From Candidatus Poribacteria bacterium (lineage in GTDB: Bacteria > Poribacteria > WGA-4E > PCPOR2b): 64,000 nt of DNA. Numbering within the stretch: the stretch's first letter is position 1; every line of letters begins with the position of its first letter. Both the position numbers and the translations under genes were made by a program. A model generated the notes under the pieces. That model made no database searches and was not told where the DNA came from. It saw nothing but the letters and a program-made list of their open reading frames with translations. The stretch spans positions 4,768,001-4,832,000 of the forward strand of contig OZ244042.1 of NCBI GenBank assembly GCA_965215015.1. Direction: 5' to 3'. Shown here piece by piece: positions 20,863-35,633 of the stretch.

Positions 20863-22890
20863 TTACTTCGCCTGCGCCCGCTTGCGGAGCTCATTCAGGT
20901 GCTCGATGACAGCCATCGGGGCTGCTTCTTGAAACCCGAGCTCATGCGCCTCAAGCATCATTTCCGATTGGATGGGGCTGCCTTCAAGCAAGCGTATTGC
21001 GTTGTCGTAAGCATTCAGCGCGTTCTTGGAATCACCGCGCTTGTGGCTGATGTCTCCCAAATAGGTGTAGGCAGCTGCAAGCCGTGGCGAGTCCGGCCGG
21101 CTTGCAATAAACTCCTGGAAGGTGGCAAAAGCATCGTCATAGCGTTGGTCTTCATAGTGGACACAACCAATCCGGAATTGCGCCTGATCCGCGAAGCTCT
21201 CTTTATACCCCTGTGCAAGGTATTGCACCTGTTTCGGGTAAGCTATGGTGGTCTGATAGGCTTTCACAGCCGCATCATATTGGTCGAGGGTACGATACAT
21301 CTCACCAAGTTGGAAATGTGCCATCATCGTCTGCGAAGAGGATGGGTAATCCGCGATAAGAGTCTGATAGGATTCAATTGCCTTTTCTGTATCATTGAGG
21401 TGTTCGGCATAGACAACACCGATTCGATACATAGCTTCAGCCGCCCACGGGGACTGGGGATGTGCCTCAATCAGTTGCCGGTACGCAGCAATTGCCTGCT
21501 CATCATCCTTCAACTCTCGCTCATAAATTTTGCCTACCCGGAATAGCGCGTAAGGAGCCAATGCCCCACTTTTTGACTGCAACTGCTGGATGGTGGCGTG
21601 CAACTCAATAAAGCGGAGTTGGGACCGGGCCCGCTTTGTGTACTCACTGTCGGGCACCTCAATGATAAACTGTCGTGTCAGTGGGAGTGCGTCAATATAG
21701 TTATTTGCAGCTATCAGTTCTTCTATCCGCTTCCACTCAACGCTTGGAAAATCTAACGCCAGTTGCTCAATCTTTGCTTCTAATTCCGTTTTGACGCGAG
21801 CTGGATCCTGGTCATATTTTCCGATTGCGCCCAAGTAGATTGGCTCCAAGTCAGGCAGGTAGGCATACAAAAATGTTTGAAACGCATCAATTGCCCGCCG
21901 ATAGTCCCGCAATTGTTCATAACAGACACCTGACCAATAGAAGACAGCGTGCATCTTCCAAAAATCCGGATGCTGTTGCGGGAGTTGCTCATAAGTCTGA
22001 ACAGCAGTAGCATATAGACCCTGCTTCTGGCGGGTGCGCCCTATTTGAAAAAGTGCTTCTGCTGCGAAAGGGCTCACCAGACGATAGTCGTCCACAACTT
22101 TCTGATATGCTTCAATTGCCAGGAACGGCTGATTCAATACCTTATCTCGTAGATTCCCGATACGCCACTCCGCTTCAGCAGCGAGTTTGGTATCCTTACG
22201 TTCCTGTAAAATCTCTTCATATACCGCAATTGCTTTTTCCGGTTGGTTCAGTTGATAGGGGCTGCGATACAGCTCTGCAATATGGAATTTCGCTTCAGTC
22301 GCAATGGGCGTTCCTTGGTAGGCTTGGATGACGCGCTGTTGGTCTCGCAAATCATCAAGGGCGGTTTGAATGCTATCAATCTTTCGCAAGCCGGTTTTAT
22401 AAGCAAGGTGAGTTGATGGGAATTGATCAGCAAGGAGCTGATAGGTCTGAATCGCTTCATCGTATTTTCCCATGCGACAATACACATCGCCCTTCTTGAT
22501 ATAACCGAGGAATAGATCTTCTGCCGTTGCCCCTTTGCTGCCCAATTGGATTATCTTGTCATAAATGCTTAACGCTTGCGGATATTGATGGGTATAGGCA
22601 TAATAAATATCACCCAATTTTTCGTAGATTCCGCTGAGTTGCTCAACACTCTTGATTGAAACCGCAAGTTCCTCAAGGAGCTGTGCTGCCTCATGATATT
22701 TGCCCCTTTCCAGCAGCGTGGCGATATTCTGAGCTCGCGTTTCTACGCTAGTAAACAAGGTCAGGCAAAAAGCAGCGGCCCAAAAGAACCATTTCAAGCG
22801 TGAAGCATAAAACGTAAGACGTAAAATAGGGTGTATTCTACCTATTGCATCACACGTCCTTGATAGTTTTCTGTCCCTCCATCTTTCCAT
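20863..22890 (-). CDS. Secreted tetratricopeptide-repeat protein (BamD/YbgF-like repeats); true start possibly near 22797
   Basis: Repeated AI..YQ.LI..YP.S..A.EA.F.IG units; signal-like LKWFFWAAAFCLTLF segment. Confidence 0.85.
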   Translation of the reverse strand: MERWRDRKLSRTCDAIGRIHPILRLTFYASRLKWFFWAAAFCLTLFTSVETRAQNIATLLERGKYHEAAQLLEELAVSIKSVEQLSGIYEKLGDIYYAYTHQYPQALSIYDKIIQLGSKGATAEDLFLGYIKKGDVYCRMGKYDEAIQTYQLLADQFPSTHLAYKTGLRKIDSIQTALDDLRDQQRVIQAYQGTPIATEAKFHIAELYRSPYQLNQPEKAIAVYEEILQERKDTKLAAEAEWRIGNLRDKVLNQPFLAIEAYQKVVDDYRLVSPFAAEALFQIGRTRQKQGLYATAVQTYEQLPQQHPDFWKMHAVFYWSGVCYEQLRDYRRAIDAFQTFLYAYLPDLEPIYLGAIGKYDQDPARVKTELEAKIEQLALDFPSVEWKRIEELIAANNYIDALPLTRQFIIEVPDSEYTKRARSQLRFIELHATIQQLQSKSGALAPYALFRVGKIYERELKDDEQAIAAYRQLIEAHPQSPWAAEAMYRIGVVYAEHLNDTEKAIESYQTLIADYPSSSQTMMAHFQLGEMYRTLDQYDAAVKAYQTTIAYPKQVQYLAQGYKESFADQAQFRIGCVHYEDQRYDDAFATFQEFIASRPDSPRLAAAYTYLGDISHKRGDSKNALNAYDNAIRLLEGSPIQSEMMLEAHELGFQEAAPMAVIEHLNELRKRAQAK

Positions 22891-22908
22891 CCTTCCATTC
22901 CTCTTGTT

Positions 22909-23466
22909 TTAGGGAGCCTGCTCTGCCAATACCAGTAGTTGGAGCGTTGCCAACCGGTCATTACCCTTCAAATGTTTCATTTCGAGTGCTTCAGTGCGGT
23001 TATTCCAAATCTCCGCTTGTTGATACAGCTGAATCCTTTCGTGAGGCGGTTGTATCGGAACATCTAGCGGTCTATCTTGGCTGATAAAAACCGTGGCGAC
23101 CGAAATACTAATTACGAGCGCAAGGGTCGCTAGTGCGCTGCGAAAGATCCAAGCAGGCCTGCGTTTTACGAGAAACACTTGAAAGGCAGCAAAGAATTTC
23201 GAGAAGAAATGCGCTCGTTGGGGAGGTGGAGATTCTGTCGCTAAACGTTTGTAGACATTCCTCTCAATGTTATCAAGAATGACGGAGGGAATTGGCCTCC
23301 CTTTCGCTTCTGCGGTCAGGCGCAAAGTTTTTTGCAAGGATTGAATGTCGCGGGCACAGGTCGAGCAACCGCGTAGATGTGCCTCAATGGAGGCAACCTG
23401 CTCCTCATCGAGGAGACCACAAACATATTCGGTGTAGAATTTTTCTAACTGTTTGCACTCTATCAT
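22909..23466 (-). CDS. Zinc-finger (zf-HC2) transmembrane anti-sigma factor
   Basis: HLRGCSTC (HxxxCxxC) plus one TM helix; directly downstream of an ECF sigma. Confidence 0.85.
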   Translation of the reverse strand: MIECKQLEKFYTEYVCGLLDEEQVASIEAHLRGCSTCARDIQSLQKTLRLTAEAKGRPIPSVILDNIERNVYKRLATESPPPQRAHFFSKFFAAFQVFLVKRRPAWIFRSALATLALVISISVATVFISQDRPLDVPIQPPHERIQLYQQAEIWNNRTEALEMKHLKGNDRLATLQLLVLAEQAP

Positions 23467-23483
23467 TCAGCAAACTCCTTCGG

Positions 23484-24071
23484 TCAAATGTCATTTCCCT
23501 CCCAGAGGGGTAGTAACAAAGTCTGTAGTTTTCTCACCGCACGGTGCAGGTGAATTTTGACTGTTCCCTCTGCCATTCCAAGCACTTCCGTAATCTCCTT
23601 AATCTGTAACCCCTGGTAACGGTTCAACATAAAAACGGCTTTCTGTTTTGGCGAGAGTTGATCTATTGCATCACGGATAACCCGATGGCGGTCTTTTTCC
23701 TCAACCTCCCATTCAGGATTACTCCACAAATCAACGGCTGTTGGCTCGTCAATGGAAAATTCTTCATCATCGAGTGAGTAGGTCTGACGACGCGATTTTG
23801 CGCGGTGGAAATCAACTGACAGATTATGGGCAATTTTATAAAGCCAAGTTGAAAAGCGGGCTTGCGGTTTCCAAGTATCAAGCGCACGATATGCCTTAAA
23901 AAAAACTTCGATCGTCAACTCCTCAGCATCCTCGTAATTTTTCACAGACCTAAGCAAGTAGGCATAGATTCGCTCCTTGTATCGCTTCATCAGATCATCG
24001 AATGCATCCAAGCGACCCGCTTGAAACTGTGCAACTAGCATTTCATCTTCAACGATTTTATCCATAAGCAA
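23484..24071 (-). CDS. ECF RNA polymerase sigma factor
   Basis: DAEELTIEVF, FSTWLYKIAHN, GTVKIHLHRA region 4.2. Confidence 0.92.
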   Translation of the reverse strand: MLMDKIVEDEMLVAQFQAGRLDAFDDLMKRYKERIYAYLLRSVKNYEDAEELTIEVFFKAYRALDTWKPQARFSTWLYKIAHNLSVDFHRAKSRRQTYSLDDEEFSIDEPTAVDLWSNPEWEVEEKDRHRVIRDAIDQLSPKQKAVFMLNRYQGLQIKEITEVLGMAEGTVKIHLHRAVRKLQTLLLPLWEGNDI

Positions 24072-24173
24072 TGCCCCGCGATTGATAGGGTGAGCAAATC
24101 TTTTTGTCTAAACGATGTATGCACCGGAACGGTTTACAACACGGTATTATCATTTCTACGATTTCTTAAAAAG

Positions 24174-24818
24174 CTACACACCCAGACTCGCCTTAGCGCG
24201 TTGCATTTCACTGCATAAGTGACGAGTTGCCTCCACTGGATCCGCCGGTGCACAAACCGCTGAAATGACAGCGATTCCGTGTGCACCGGCACGAATGACC
24301 TCGTATGCTGTTTCAAGCGTAATACCACCGATTGCAATGACGGGACACGGCGCAATTTCGGACATCCGTTGCAGCGCATCCAGACCCTTTGGCATTTCCG
24401 CATCTGGTTTCGAGGAGGTCTGATAGATAGGGCCGAACCCGATGTAATCAGCCCCTGCAGAAATTGCTTCTAGAATCTTCTCCTCCGTCCGCGCCGAAGC
24501 CCCAATTATCATTGTTGGTGGAAGAATTTGCCGTCCAACCGCAATTGGCAAATCATCCTGTCCAAAATGGGCACCCGTTGCGCCGACAGCGAGGGCAATG
24601 TCGGCCCGATCGTTGACAATCAAAGAGACCCCATGCTCCGCACAAACAGCTTGCACCGCCTGTGCAGATTCAACCAATTCGCGTCCACTCCCATCTTTCT
24701 GACGAAACTGGATGGTGTCAGCACCACCCTCAATCGCCATTTCTGCCAATTCCGGGTGCGTAAACCGCGATTGGATAGTTGTATCGGTGATGACATGAAG
24801 TCCGCCAATCTTTTTCAT
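24174..24818 (-). CDS. thiE: Thiamine phosphate synthase
   Basis: QFRQK, IVNDR, HFGQDD, GPIYQTSSK, AIGGI. Confidence 0.93.
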   Translation of the reverse strand: MKKIGGLHVITDTTIQSRFTHPELAEMAIEGGADTIQFRQKDGSGRELVESAQAVQAVCAEHGVSLIVNDRADIALAVGATGAHFGQDDLPIAVGRQILPPTMIIGASARTEEKILEAISAGADYIGFGPIYQTSSKPDAEMPKGLDALQRMSEIAPCPVIAIGGITLETAYEVIRAGAHGIAVISAVCAPADPVEATRHLCSEMQRAKASLGV

Positions 24819-25054
24819 ATTCTCACATCTCTCATAAAATTCGCATAACCCTAGTTGTCACCTAAAGACAATTTCGGACTTCTGTCGGTTGATTTTCCAA
24901 AATCGAAGATACCTAGAACATTATGCAATAGTCTAGGCTCAATCCACCCGGAACATTGCGCGAGCGGGGTTTTTGTCGAGATATGAATCTCGACCTACTA
25001 TTGACAGCGTTTCAAATGGCGAGGTTTCCTCGTGGACGCGAGATCCTCAAATTG

Positions 25055-25339
25055 CTATTCACCCTCAATAAGCTCGCCTGCCTTCTTTTTGAAAGCAATC
25101 GCGCTTCGTGACACCTCGACCTTCACATTTTCTGCAATTGTCAGAACGACAATATCTTTGTCCACACCCACAATTTTCCCATGTAATCCACCCGTTGTGA
25201 CAACTTCGTCCGCTTTCGTCAGGTTACTCAGCATGACTTGATGTTTTTTTCGCTTCAACTGTTCAGGACGTAAAATCAAAAAGTAGAAGATAGGAATTAT
25301 CAGAAGAATGGGAAAGAAAAAACTGAAAAGAGACTCCAT
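25055..25339 (-). CDS. yajC: Preprotein translocase subunit YajC
   Basis: FYFLILRPE, EVVTTGGLHG; follows queA. Confidence 0.92.
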   Translation of the reverse strand: MESLFSFFFPILLIIPIFYFLILRPEQLKRKKHQVMLSNLTKADEVVTTGGLHGKIVGVDKDIVVLTIAENVKVEVSRSAIAFKKKAGELIEGE

Positions 25340-25356
25340 AATTTATGTCCTCCAGG

Positions 25357-26385
25357 TTAAAGAATGAGCATTGCATCGCCGTAGCTATAAAAGCGATATT
25401 TTTGTGCAATTGCTTCTTGGTAAGCTTCAAAAATAAACTCACGCCCGGCAAATGCACTCACGAGCATGAGTAAGGTTGATTTCGGTAAATGAAAATTAGT
25501 GACTAAAGCATCAATGATTTCAAATTGATAACCGGGATATATAAAGATGTCTGTATATCCCTGATAAGGTTGAACGTTACCCTCCGCAGCAACTGTTTCA
25601 AGGGCACGCACAGAAGTGGTTCCGACCGCAACGATTTTCCGTCCTTCCCCCTTTGCGGCGTTAATCTGACTAGCACTTGTTTGGGAGAGCTCAAAGTACT
25701 CGGCGTGCATCTTGTGTATCTCAATATCTTCCACCTTGACGGGTTGGAACGTGCCGATCCCAACATGCAGCATAAGTGTTACATGGTGAATTCCATCTCG
25801 CTTGAGCTTATCCATCAACTCCAACGTAAAATGTAATCCTGCCGTCGGTGCAGCGATTGCCCCCGCTTCCTTCGCATAGACACATTGATACCCTTCTCTA
25901 TCCGTGCGGTTCGACTCACGTTTGATATAGGGTGGCAAGGGAACTCTGCCCACTTCCGCGAGGATTTTCTGAAAATCACCATCATATTTGAATCGGACAG
26001 TATAAAGACCGAGCGGCGATTTGGCAAGCACTTTTCCTGTTAGGGCTCCCTCCCCAAAGACAAAGCGTGTGCCATGCCTGACACGTCTGCCCGGCTTTAC
26101 CAGTGCCTCCCACGTATTCGCACCCTTCTGACGCGTTAAGAGCAATTCAACCTTTCCACCGGTCGGCAGTTTCCGTCCTATGAGTCGTGCTGGAATGACC
26201 TTCGTGTTGTTGATGACGAGCAGGGAACGGGGGGGGAGAAATTCGCCGATTTGGGAGAATTGCGTGTGGTGAATTTTGCGCGCCCCCCGATCCACAACCA
26301 TCAAGCGGGATGCATCCCTTTGCGGGCAGGGCTGTTGTGCAATCAGTGCTTCGGGCAGGTCATAATCATAATCGGTGAGTTTCAT
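25357..26385 (-). CDS. queA: tRNA preQ1 S-adenosylmethionine ribosyltransferase-isomerase
   Basis: DYDLPEALIAQ, PLPPYI, AAPTAGLHF, TNFHLPKST, FYSYGDAM. Confidence 0.97.
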   Translation of the reverse strand: MKLTDYDYDLPEALIAQQPCPQRDASRLMVVDRGARKIHHTQFSQIGEFLPPRSLLVINNTKVIPARLIGRKLPTGGKVELLLTRQKGANTWEALVKPGRRVRHGTRFVFGEGALTGKVLAKSPLGLYTVRFKYDGDFQKILAEVGRVPLPPYIKRESNRTDREGYQCVYAKEAGAIAAPTAGLHFTLELMDKLKRDGIHHVTLMLHVGIGTFQPVKVEDIEIHKMHAEYFELSQTSASQINAAKGEGRKIVAVGTTSVRALETVAAEGNVQPYQGYTDIFIYPGYQFEIIDALVTNFHLPKSTLLMLVSAFAGREFIFEAYQEAIAQKYRFYSYGDAMLIL

Positions 26386-26606
26386 GCTTGTTACACTTAC
26401 GGCAGGATTAGATTTACAGTTCTCTTACAAATCCAATGAAAGACAATATATTTATTTAACCCAAGTTGGAGCGTCAGCGAAATCCCGATTTATTTGGGAC
26501 ATCAGAAACCAACGCAAGAGTCGGGAATTGGAATTCCCTCCTACACTACAGAAAAAACGGGCGGTAGGGGCGCACCTTCCAAATCGTGACCTTGACCTGG
26601 GTTCGT

Positions 26607-27632
26607 TTAGAAGAGCGTCGATTGATACTCAGGCAGCGGGTAGCCGAGGTGCTCATAAGCCGCATCTGTTGCCACCCGTCCCATGGGTGTCAAGGTCATA
26701 AACCCGAGCTTAATTAAGTAGGGTTCGTAGACTTCTTCAATGGTACGCTCATCTTCACTGACAGCGACCGCCATCGCTTTCAGGCCAGCGCGCCCCCGGA
26801 ACTTCTCAATCATCGTTCGCAGATAGAATCTATCATTGTCGTCCAAGCCGAGTTCGTCAATTTTGAAAAATTCCAGTGCTTCTTGAGCGATTTCATAGGT
26901 GATAACTCCGTCAGATTTGACGGTTGCGTAATCCCTGACTTTCCTCAACATATTCTCCGCAATACGCATGGTGCCTCTTGAACGGCGAGCCAATTCGTAT
27001 TCCGCATCTTCCTTAATTATAACGGGTGGCTGCATCAGCTGGCTGAGCCGGTTGATAGCAATCTGAATCTCCGCCGGTGTATAATAATCGAGATGGATGC
27101 GGTTGCCAAATCGATCTCGAAACGGTCCGCCTAATAAGCCCTCACGAGTTGTTGCTCCTACGAGGGTAAAATGGGCAAGCGGCACAGTAATAATATCTGC
27201 CGCAGGTCCCTGACCGATGGGCAAGTCTATTTTATAATCCTCCATTGCCGGATACATCGATTCCTGAACATAGCTCTTCATACGATGGATTTCATCAATA
27301 AAAAAGATTGCCCCTTCTTCGAGGGTAGTTAACATCGTCGCTAAGTCCAGGCGTTCCATCATGGGACCAACTGCTGACTTAAAGCTGCTGCCCATTTCAT
27401 TGGCAACAATCCGAGCCAATGTTGTCTTGCCTAGTCCGGGCGGGCCCACGAAGAGGATATGTGCTAGTGCTTGTCCCCTACTTTTTGCGGCTTCAATATG
27501 AATACGCAGCTGCTCCTTAATCTGCTCCTGCCCGATGAATTCATCAAGAGTCTGGGGCCTGAGGTTGTACTGGCTGTCCTCTAGCCCTTCGTTATCCGAG
27601 TTGTTGAGAAGTGTTTGCATCTCTTTATTCAT
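26607..27632 (-). CDS. ruvB: Holliday junction helicase RuvB
   Basis: LRPQTLDEFIGQ, GPPGLGKTT, DEIHR, GATTR, RDRFG. Confidence 0.97.
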   Translation of the reverse strand: MNKEMQTLLNNSDNEGLEDSQYNLRPQTLDEFIGQEQIKEQLRIHIEAAKSRGQALAHILFVGPPGLGKTTLARIVANEMGSSFKSAVGPMMERLDLATMLTTLEEGAIFFIDEIHRMKSYVQESMYPAMEDYKIDLPIGQGPAADIITVPLAHFTLVGATTREGLLGGPFRDRFGNRIHLDYYTPAEIQIAINRLSQLMQPPVIIKEDAEYELARRSRGTMRIAENMLRKVRDYATVKSDGVITYEIAQEALEFFKIDELGLDDNDRFYLRTMIEKFRGRAGLKAMAVAVSEDERTIEEVYEPYLIKLGFMTLTPMGRVATDAAYEHLGYPLPEYQSTLF

Positions 27633-27641
27633 TGGTCAGAC

Positions 27642-28235
27642 TCACTGATTTAGTCGAGCAAGAGCTAATCTAACCAACTCTTCCCGTTTTGCTGTAGGTC
27701 CTAAGATCTTCTGTGCATCCGCGATTGCCAGTTCCGCTGCGGCCTCCGAAGCCCCCAGGCCCACCAACACCTTCACACCCGCCTCCGTGTGCTCTTGGCT
27801 ACCAGCTTCATCAACCTTGGCATCAAAGTGAATCTTACGAACAGTGTTCTTGAGTTTCATAATCATGAGTTGTGCGAGTTCCTTATTGAGGCGCGGTACT
27901 CGCATCAAAGTGGCGTGATTGCCATCGAGGATTGCACGCTGGAATTCAGCGGGAGAGATTTTCGACACAACATTTAATGCTAAGGAGGGGCCCACCCCTT
28001 TGACCACGAGGGCAGTTTCAAAAACGGTGAGTTCGTCCTGGGACGTAAATCCATATAGCTTAACTTCGTTCTCTCGACAATGATAATGCGTGTAAAATGT
28101 GATTTCAGATCCGATTTCCGGCAACTGAGTCTTTGTGTTTTCTGAAATGTCAACGCTGTATCCGATGCCGTTAACATCAACAACGACCCGTTTCGGTCCA
28201 TTGATCGCTAAGATGCCCTTTACGAACGCAATCAT
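27642..28235 (-). CDS. ruvA: Holliday junction branch migration protein RuvA
   Basis: VDVNGIGY, LYGF, VKGVGP HhH; between ruvC and ruvB. Confidence 0.93.
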   Translation of the reverse strand: MIAFVKGILAINGPKRVVVDVNGIGYSVDISENTKTQLPEIGSEITFYTHYHCRENEVKLYGFTSQDELTVFETALVVKGVGPSLALNVVSKISPAEFQRAILDGNHATLMRVPRLNKELAQLMIMKLKNTVRKIHFDAKVDEAGSQEHTEAGVKVLVGLGASEAAAELAIADAQKILGPTAKREELVRLALARLNQ

Positions 28236-28735
28236 GATTGAAGGTGCCTTTTACGCAGTTGAAGTATCTTATGGGAACGTGCATGACAAATTGCTATGGC
28301 AAGCGCATCTGCCGCGTGATCCGGACGCGGAATCTCTTTGAGCTTGAGCAAAATCTTGACCATCTCCTGGACTTGGTGTTTACTCGCTTTACCATATCCA
28401 ACAACCGCTTGCTTGACCTGAGCGGCCGGATAACTATAGACCTGCCGATTTGTACTTGCAGCAACTAGTTTCGTAACACCTCTTGCCTCTCCTACAGCAA
28501 ATGCACTGGTCACATTCTTACTAAAGATAACATCCTCAAGTACAAATAACTCCGGTTGATATTCAGTCGCCAACTGAACTAGTTCGTCATAGATAATTTT
28601 CAAACGTTGTGCAGATTCATCCGTTGACGCTGTCCGAATGCAGCCGAAACCAAGGGGGGTGAACGTTGATGACTCGGCTTTAATGAGGCCATAGCCGGTA
28701 TTTGCAATTCCGGGGTCTATTCCGAGAATAATCAT
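28232..28735 (-). CDS. ruvC: Crossover junction endodeoxyribonuclease RuvC
   Basis: ILGIDPG, VGYGKASK.QV, DHAADALAIA. Confidence 0.96.
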   Translation of the reverse strand: MIILGIDPGIANTGYGLIKAESSTFTPLGFGCIRTASTDESAQRLKIIYDELVQLATEYQPELFVLEDVIFSKNVTSAFAVGEARGVTKLVAASTNRQVYSYPAAQVKQAVVGYGKASKHQVQEMVKILLKLKEIPRPDHAADALAIAICHARSHKILQLRKRHLQS

Positions 28736-28748
28736 GGTTAAGGGAACA

Positions 28749-29495
28749 TCAGGCTGCGGCTTCTAAAATATCATCGGAGATATCGAAGTTTGCATAAACT
28801 TTCTGGACATCGTCGCTATCTTCCAAAGCCTCCATCAACCGTAGCATCCGCTCCGCTTCCTTACCTTCTGATTTCACTGTATTTTGGGGAAGCATCGTCA
28901 GTTCAGCTTCAAGAATCGTCGCACCGGACGCCTCGACCGCTTCTCTAACTGGCTCAAAATTTTCGGGAGAGGTGATAATCTCAAGGTGCTCAGACTGAAC
29001 TGTCAAATCCTCCGCCCCCGAATCGAGTGCAATCATAAAAAGCTCATCTTCGTCAATACTACCCTTTTCGATAATCATCCAACCCCGTTTATCAAACAAC
29101 CATGAAACGCAGCCGCGTTCCCCCATATTTCCGCCATGTTTGGTTAAAATATGTCTGACATCCGCAATCGCTCGGTTCCTGTTATCGGTCAAGACATCGA
29201 TCATGATTGCGACCCCACCGGGGCCGTATCCTTCGTATACAATTTCTTCATAATCCACACCGTCAAGTTCGCCAGTCCCGCGTAGAATTGCCTTTTCGAT
29301 TGTATCATTCGGTACATTCTTTGATTTTGCCGCTAACACTGCGGATCTCAAACGCGGATTCACTTGGGTATCGGCACCACCGATTCGCGCTGCGACCGTG
29401 ATTTCCTTAATCAATTTCGAGAAGAGCTTACCACGCTTCGCATCAACAGCAGCCTTACGGTGTTTAATTGACGACCATTTTGAATGACCTGACAT
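28749..29495 (-). CDS. yebC: YebC/PmpR family protein
   Basis: [21 protein letters not shown]. Confidence 0.96.
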   Translation of the reverse strand: MSGHSKWSSIKHRKAAVDAKRGKLFSKLIKEITVAARIGGADTQVNPRLRSAVLAAKSKNVPNDTIEKAILRGTGELDGVDYEEIVYEGYGPGGVAIMIDVLTDNRNRAIADVRHILTKHGGNMGERGCVSWLFDKRGWMIIEKGSIDEDELFMIALDSGAEDLTVQSEHLEIITSPENFEPVREAVEASGATILEAELTMLPQNTVKSEGKEAERMLRLMEALEDSDDVQKVYANFDISDDILEAAA

Positions 29496-29526
29496 CTGTT
29501 CCTCTCCTATTCGTAGAATCTAGTGT

Positions 29527-29555
29527 ATTTTAGCATACAGGTAAAACAGATGCAA
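29527..29555 (-). promoter_or_regulatory. Putative sigma70 promoter of the yebC-ruvCAB operon
   Basis: Minus strand TTGCAT-17 bp-TAAAAT with TG extension. Confidence 0.55.
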
Positions 29556-29810
29556 GAAAATTGTCTTGCGATTGTAGTTACTGGTTTTTAATAAAACGCA
29601 AGTGAGTCAGGGGGCTAAGACGGAAAGAAAATGAGAGAATTAGAAAACGAGTTCCCCTTCATAAGAGAAAGTTCCGGTTTCGTTTCTTCGTTCTTCTCCC
29701 GATGGAACCATGAATCCACGAGGCCATACGCATTCCCTTGGGAGGGCAACCGAATCGGGACTAGCACCCCCTTCGCCTCCTCCTGCTTGCGGGGGTAACT
29801 CATTGCGTAT

Positions 29811-29845
29811 AAAAAAAAGCCCCAATCAAAAGATTGAGGCTTTAT
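29811..29845 (-). terminator. Rho-independent terminator of the rRNA operon
   Basis: Minus strand GCCTCAATC-TTTT-GATTGGGGC followed by a T run, just after 5S. Confidence 0.8.
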
Positions 29846-29851
29846 TTAGCT

Positions 29852-29969
29852 TCCCGGCAACGACCTACTTTCCCACGAAGTTACCCTCGAAGTATCATCA
29901 GCGCTGAAGGGCTTAACTACCGTGTTCGGAATGGGTACGGGTGTTTCCCCTCCGCTCTTGCCACCGGAA
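29852..29969 (-). rRNA. rrf: 5S ribosomal RNA
   Basis: Conserved CCCATTCCGAACAC and AGTAGGTCGTTGCC on minus strand, about 118 nt. Confidence 0.95.
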
Positions 29970-30040
29970 AATATGGGAATCTATGATTCCAAAATATTTG
30001 ACAATTGTATAGATTTAAATATTAAGCTATAGAGTAAAGT

Positions 30041-33069
<3,029 letters not shown>

Positions 33070-33131
33070 ATTCTTTAGAAGCCGAATTCAAATCTATACA
33101 ATTGTCAAAGATCAGAAGCTGTTACGCTTAG

Positions 33132-33205
33132 TGGAGATGAGCGGAGTCGAACCGCTGGCCTTCTGCGTGCAAAGCAGATGCTCTCCCAAACTGAGCTACA
33201 CCCCC
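33132..33205 (-). tRNA. tRNA-Ala(TGC), CCA not fully encoded
   Basis: GGGGGTGTAGCTCAG...TTTGCAC...GGTTCGACTCC...CTCCA cloverleaf in the ITS. Confidence 0.95.
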
Positions 33206-33214
33206 ACAATGAAA

Positions 33215-33291
33215 TGGTGGGCTTATCTGGAATCGAACCAGAGACCTCGCGCTTATCAGGCGCGCGCTCTAACCGCCTGAGCTATAAGCCC
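33215..33291 (-). tRNA. tRNA-Ile(GAT)
   Basis: GGGCTTATAGCTCAGG...CTGATAA...GGTTCGATTCC...CCCACCA. Confidence 0.96.
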
Positions 33292-33412
33292 CTAGAACAT
33301 GTGAAAAGTTTATTTCGGTCATATTCTGTTAAACTGAAAAAACACCCTAGAAAGCCAAATAGTTGTCTGATATACGCAATTCAACGAGCTCGGGCATTGG
33401 AGATGCCCTTGA

Positions 33413-34975
<1,563 letters not shown>

Positions 34976-35103
34976 TAAGTCTTAAAGAGAAACTAGCCTA
35001 ATAAAATTAGGGTAGGAATCTCTAAGTCGACAGGAGGGCTTTATACAAATACAAGCCCTAAAATACTATACAAAACAGTAGCGCATATCAGAAACTATTT
35101 AGC

Positions 35104-35116
35104 TTTCAAAGAGCAT
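35104..35116 (-). promoter_or_regulatory. boxA antitermination element of the rRNA leader (second copy about 33103-33114)
   Basis: Minus strand TGCTCTTTGAAA, preceded by a small hairpin; GATCTTTGACAA upstream of 23S. Confidence 0.65.
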
Positions 35117-35147
35117 CTTTTAACCCTCCTCAGTGGAGGTGATCGGA

Positions 35148-35176
35148 ATTATAACATACCCGATCCGTCGTGTCAA
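35148..35176 (-). promoter_or_regulatory. rRNA operon promoter
   Basis: Perfect TTGACA-17 bp-TATAAT with extended -10 TG on the minus strand. Confidence 0.9.
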
Positions 35177-35208
35177 GGAAAAACACAAGATTTTTCCCTT
35201 AATTAATA

Positions 35209-35493
35209 TTAATCTTTTTTACGGTTGGATAAACCACCACTCACCGCTGGCACGAAATGGATGTTCGCCGCCTCGGCGACAGGTTGATGCATCCCTTCAC
35301 GAGTCATAACGCCATCAATGTATACTGAAATACTGGGCCGAATCCGATCCCCATCGCAGAGGCGATCTTTGAAACCGGGGTAGGCTGCTTCGAGATTATT
35401 GACAACCTCTCGCAGTGTTTTCCCTTCCACAACCACTTGGTCTACACCGTCGGTTAGTTTCTGCATGAGTGAGGGAATTGCAATCGTTGGCAT
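35209..35493 (-). CDS. MoaD/ThiS family sulfur-carrier-like protein
   Basis: Beta-grasp pattern, G.TLREVV..L...YPG, IHFVPAVSGG followed by a short extension. Confidence 0.8.
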   Translation of the reverse strand: MPTIAIPSLMQKLTDGVDQVVVEGKTLREVVNNLEAAYPGFKDRLCDGDRIRPSISVYIDGVMTREGMHQPVAEAANIHFVPAVSGGLSNRKKD

Positions 35494-35633
35494 GGTATAA
35501 AACACCTTCCGTGAATTAAAGCAAATCGGGGATACAAGGCAAAAGAAAACCCTATATCCCCGATTGTAGTTTTAGACCCGCCCAATTTGCTCAACCGAGC
35601 GGATCCAAAAATCTAAAATTTGCGACCACGTCC

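Noticed and set aside
20854-21546. Long antisense ORFs (e.g. 230 aa opposite the TPR gene, 192 aa opposite lpxD)
   Set aside because: They fully overlap well-supported genes on the other strand and show no independent motifs.
24820-25050. TPP riboswitch upstream of thiE
   Set aside because: No CTGAGA / ACCTGA / AGCGTAGGGA core on the minus strand; the region is made of dispersed repeats.
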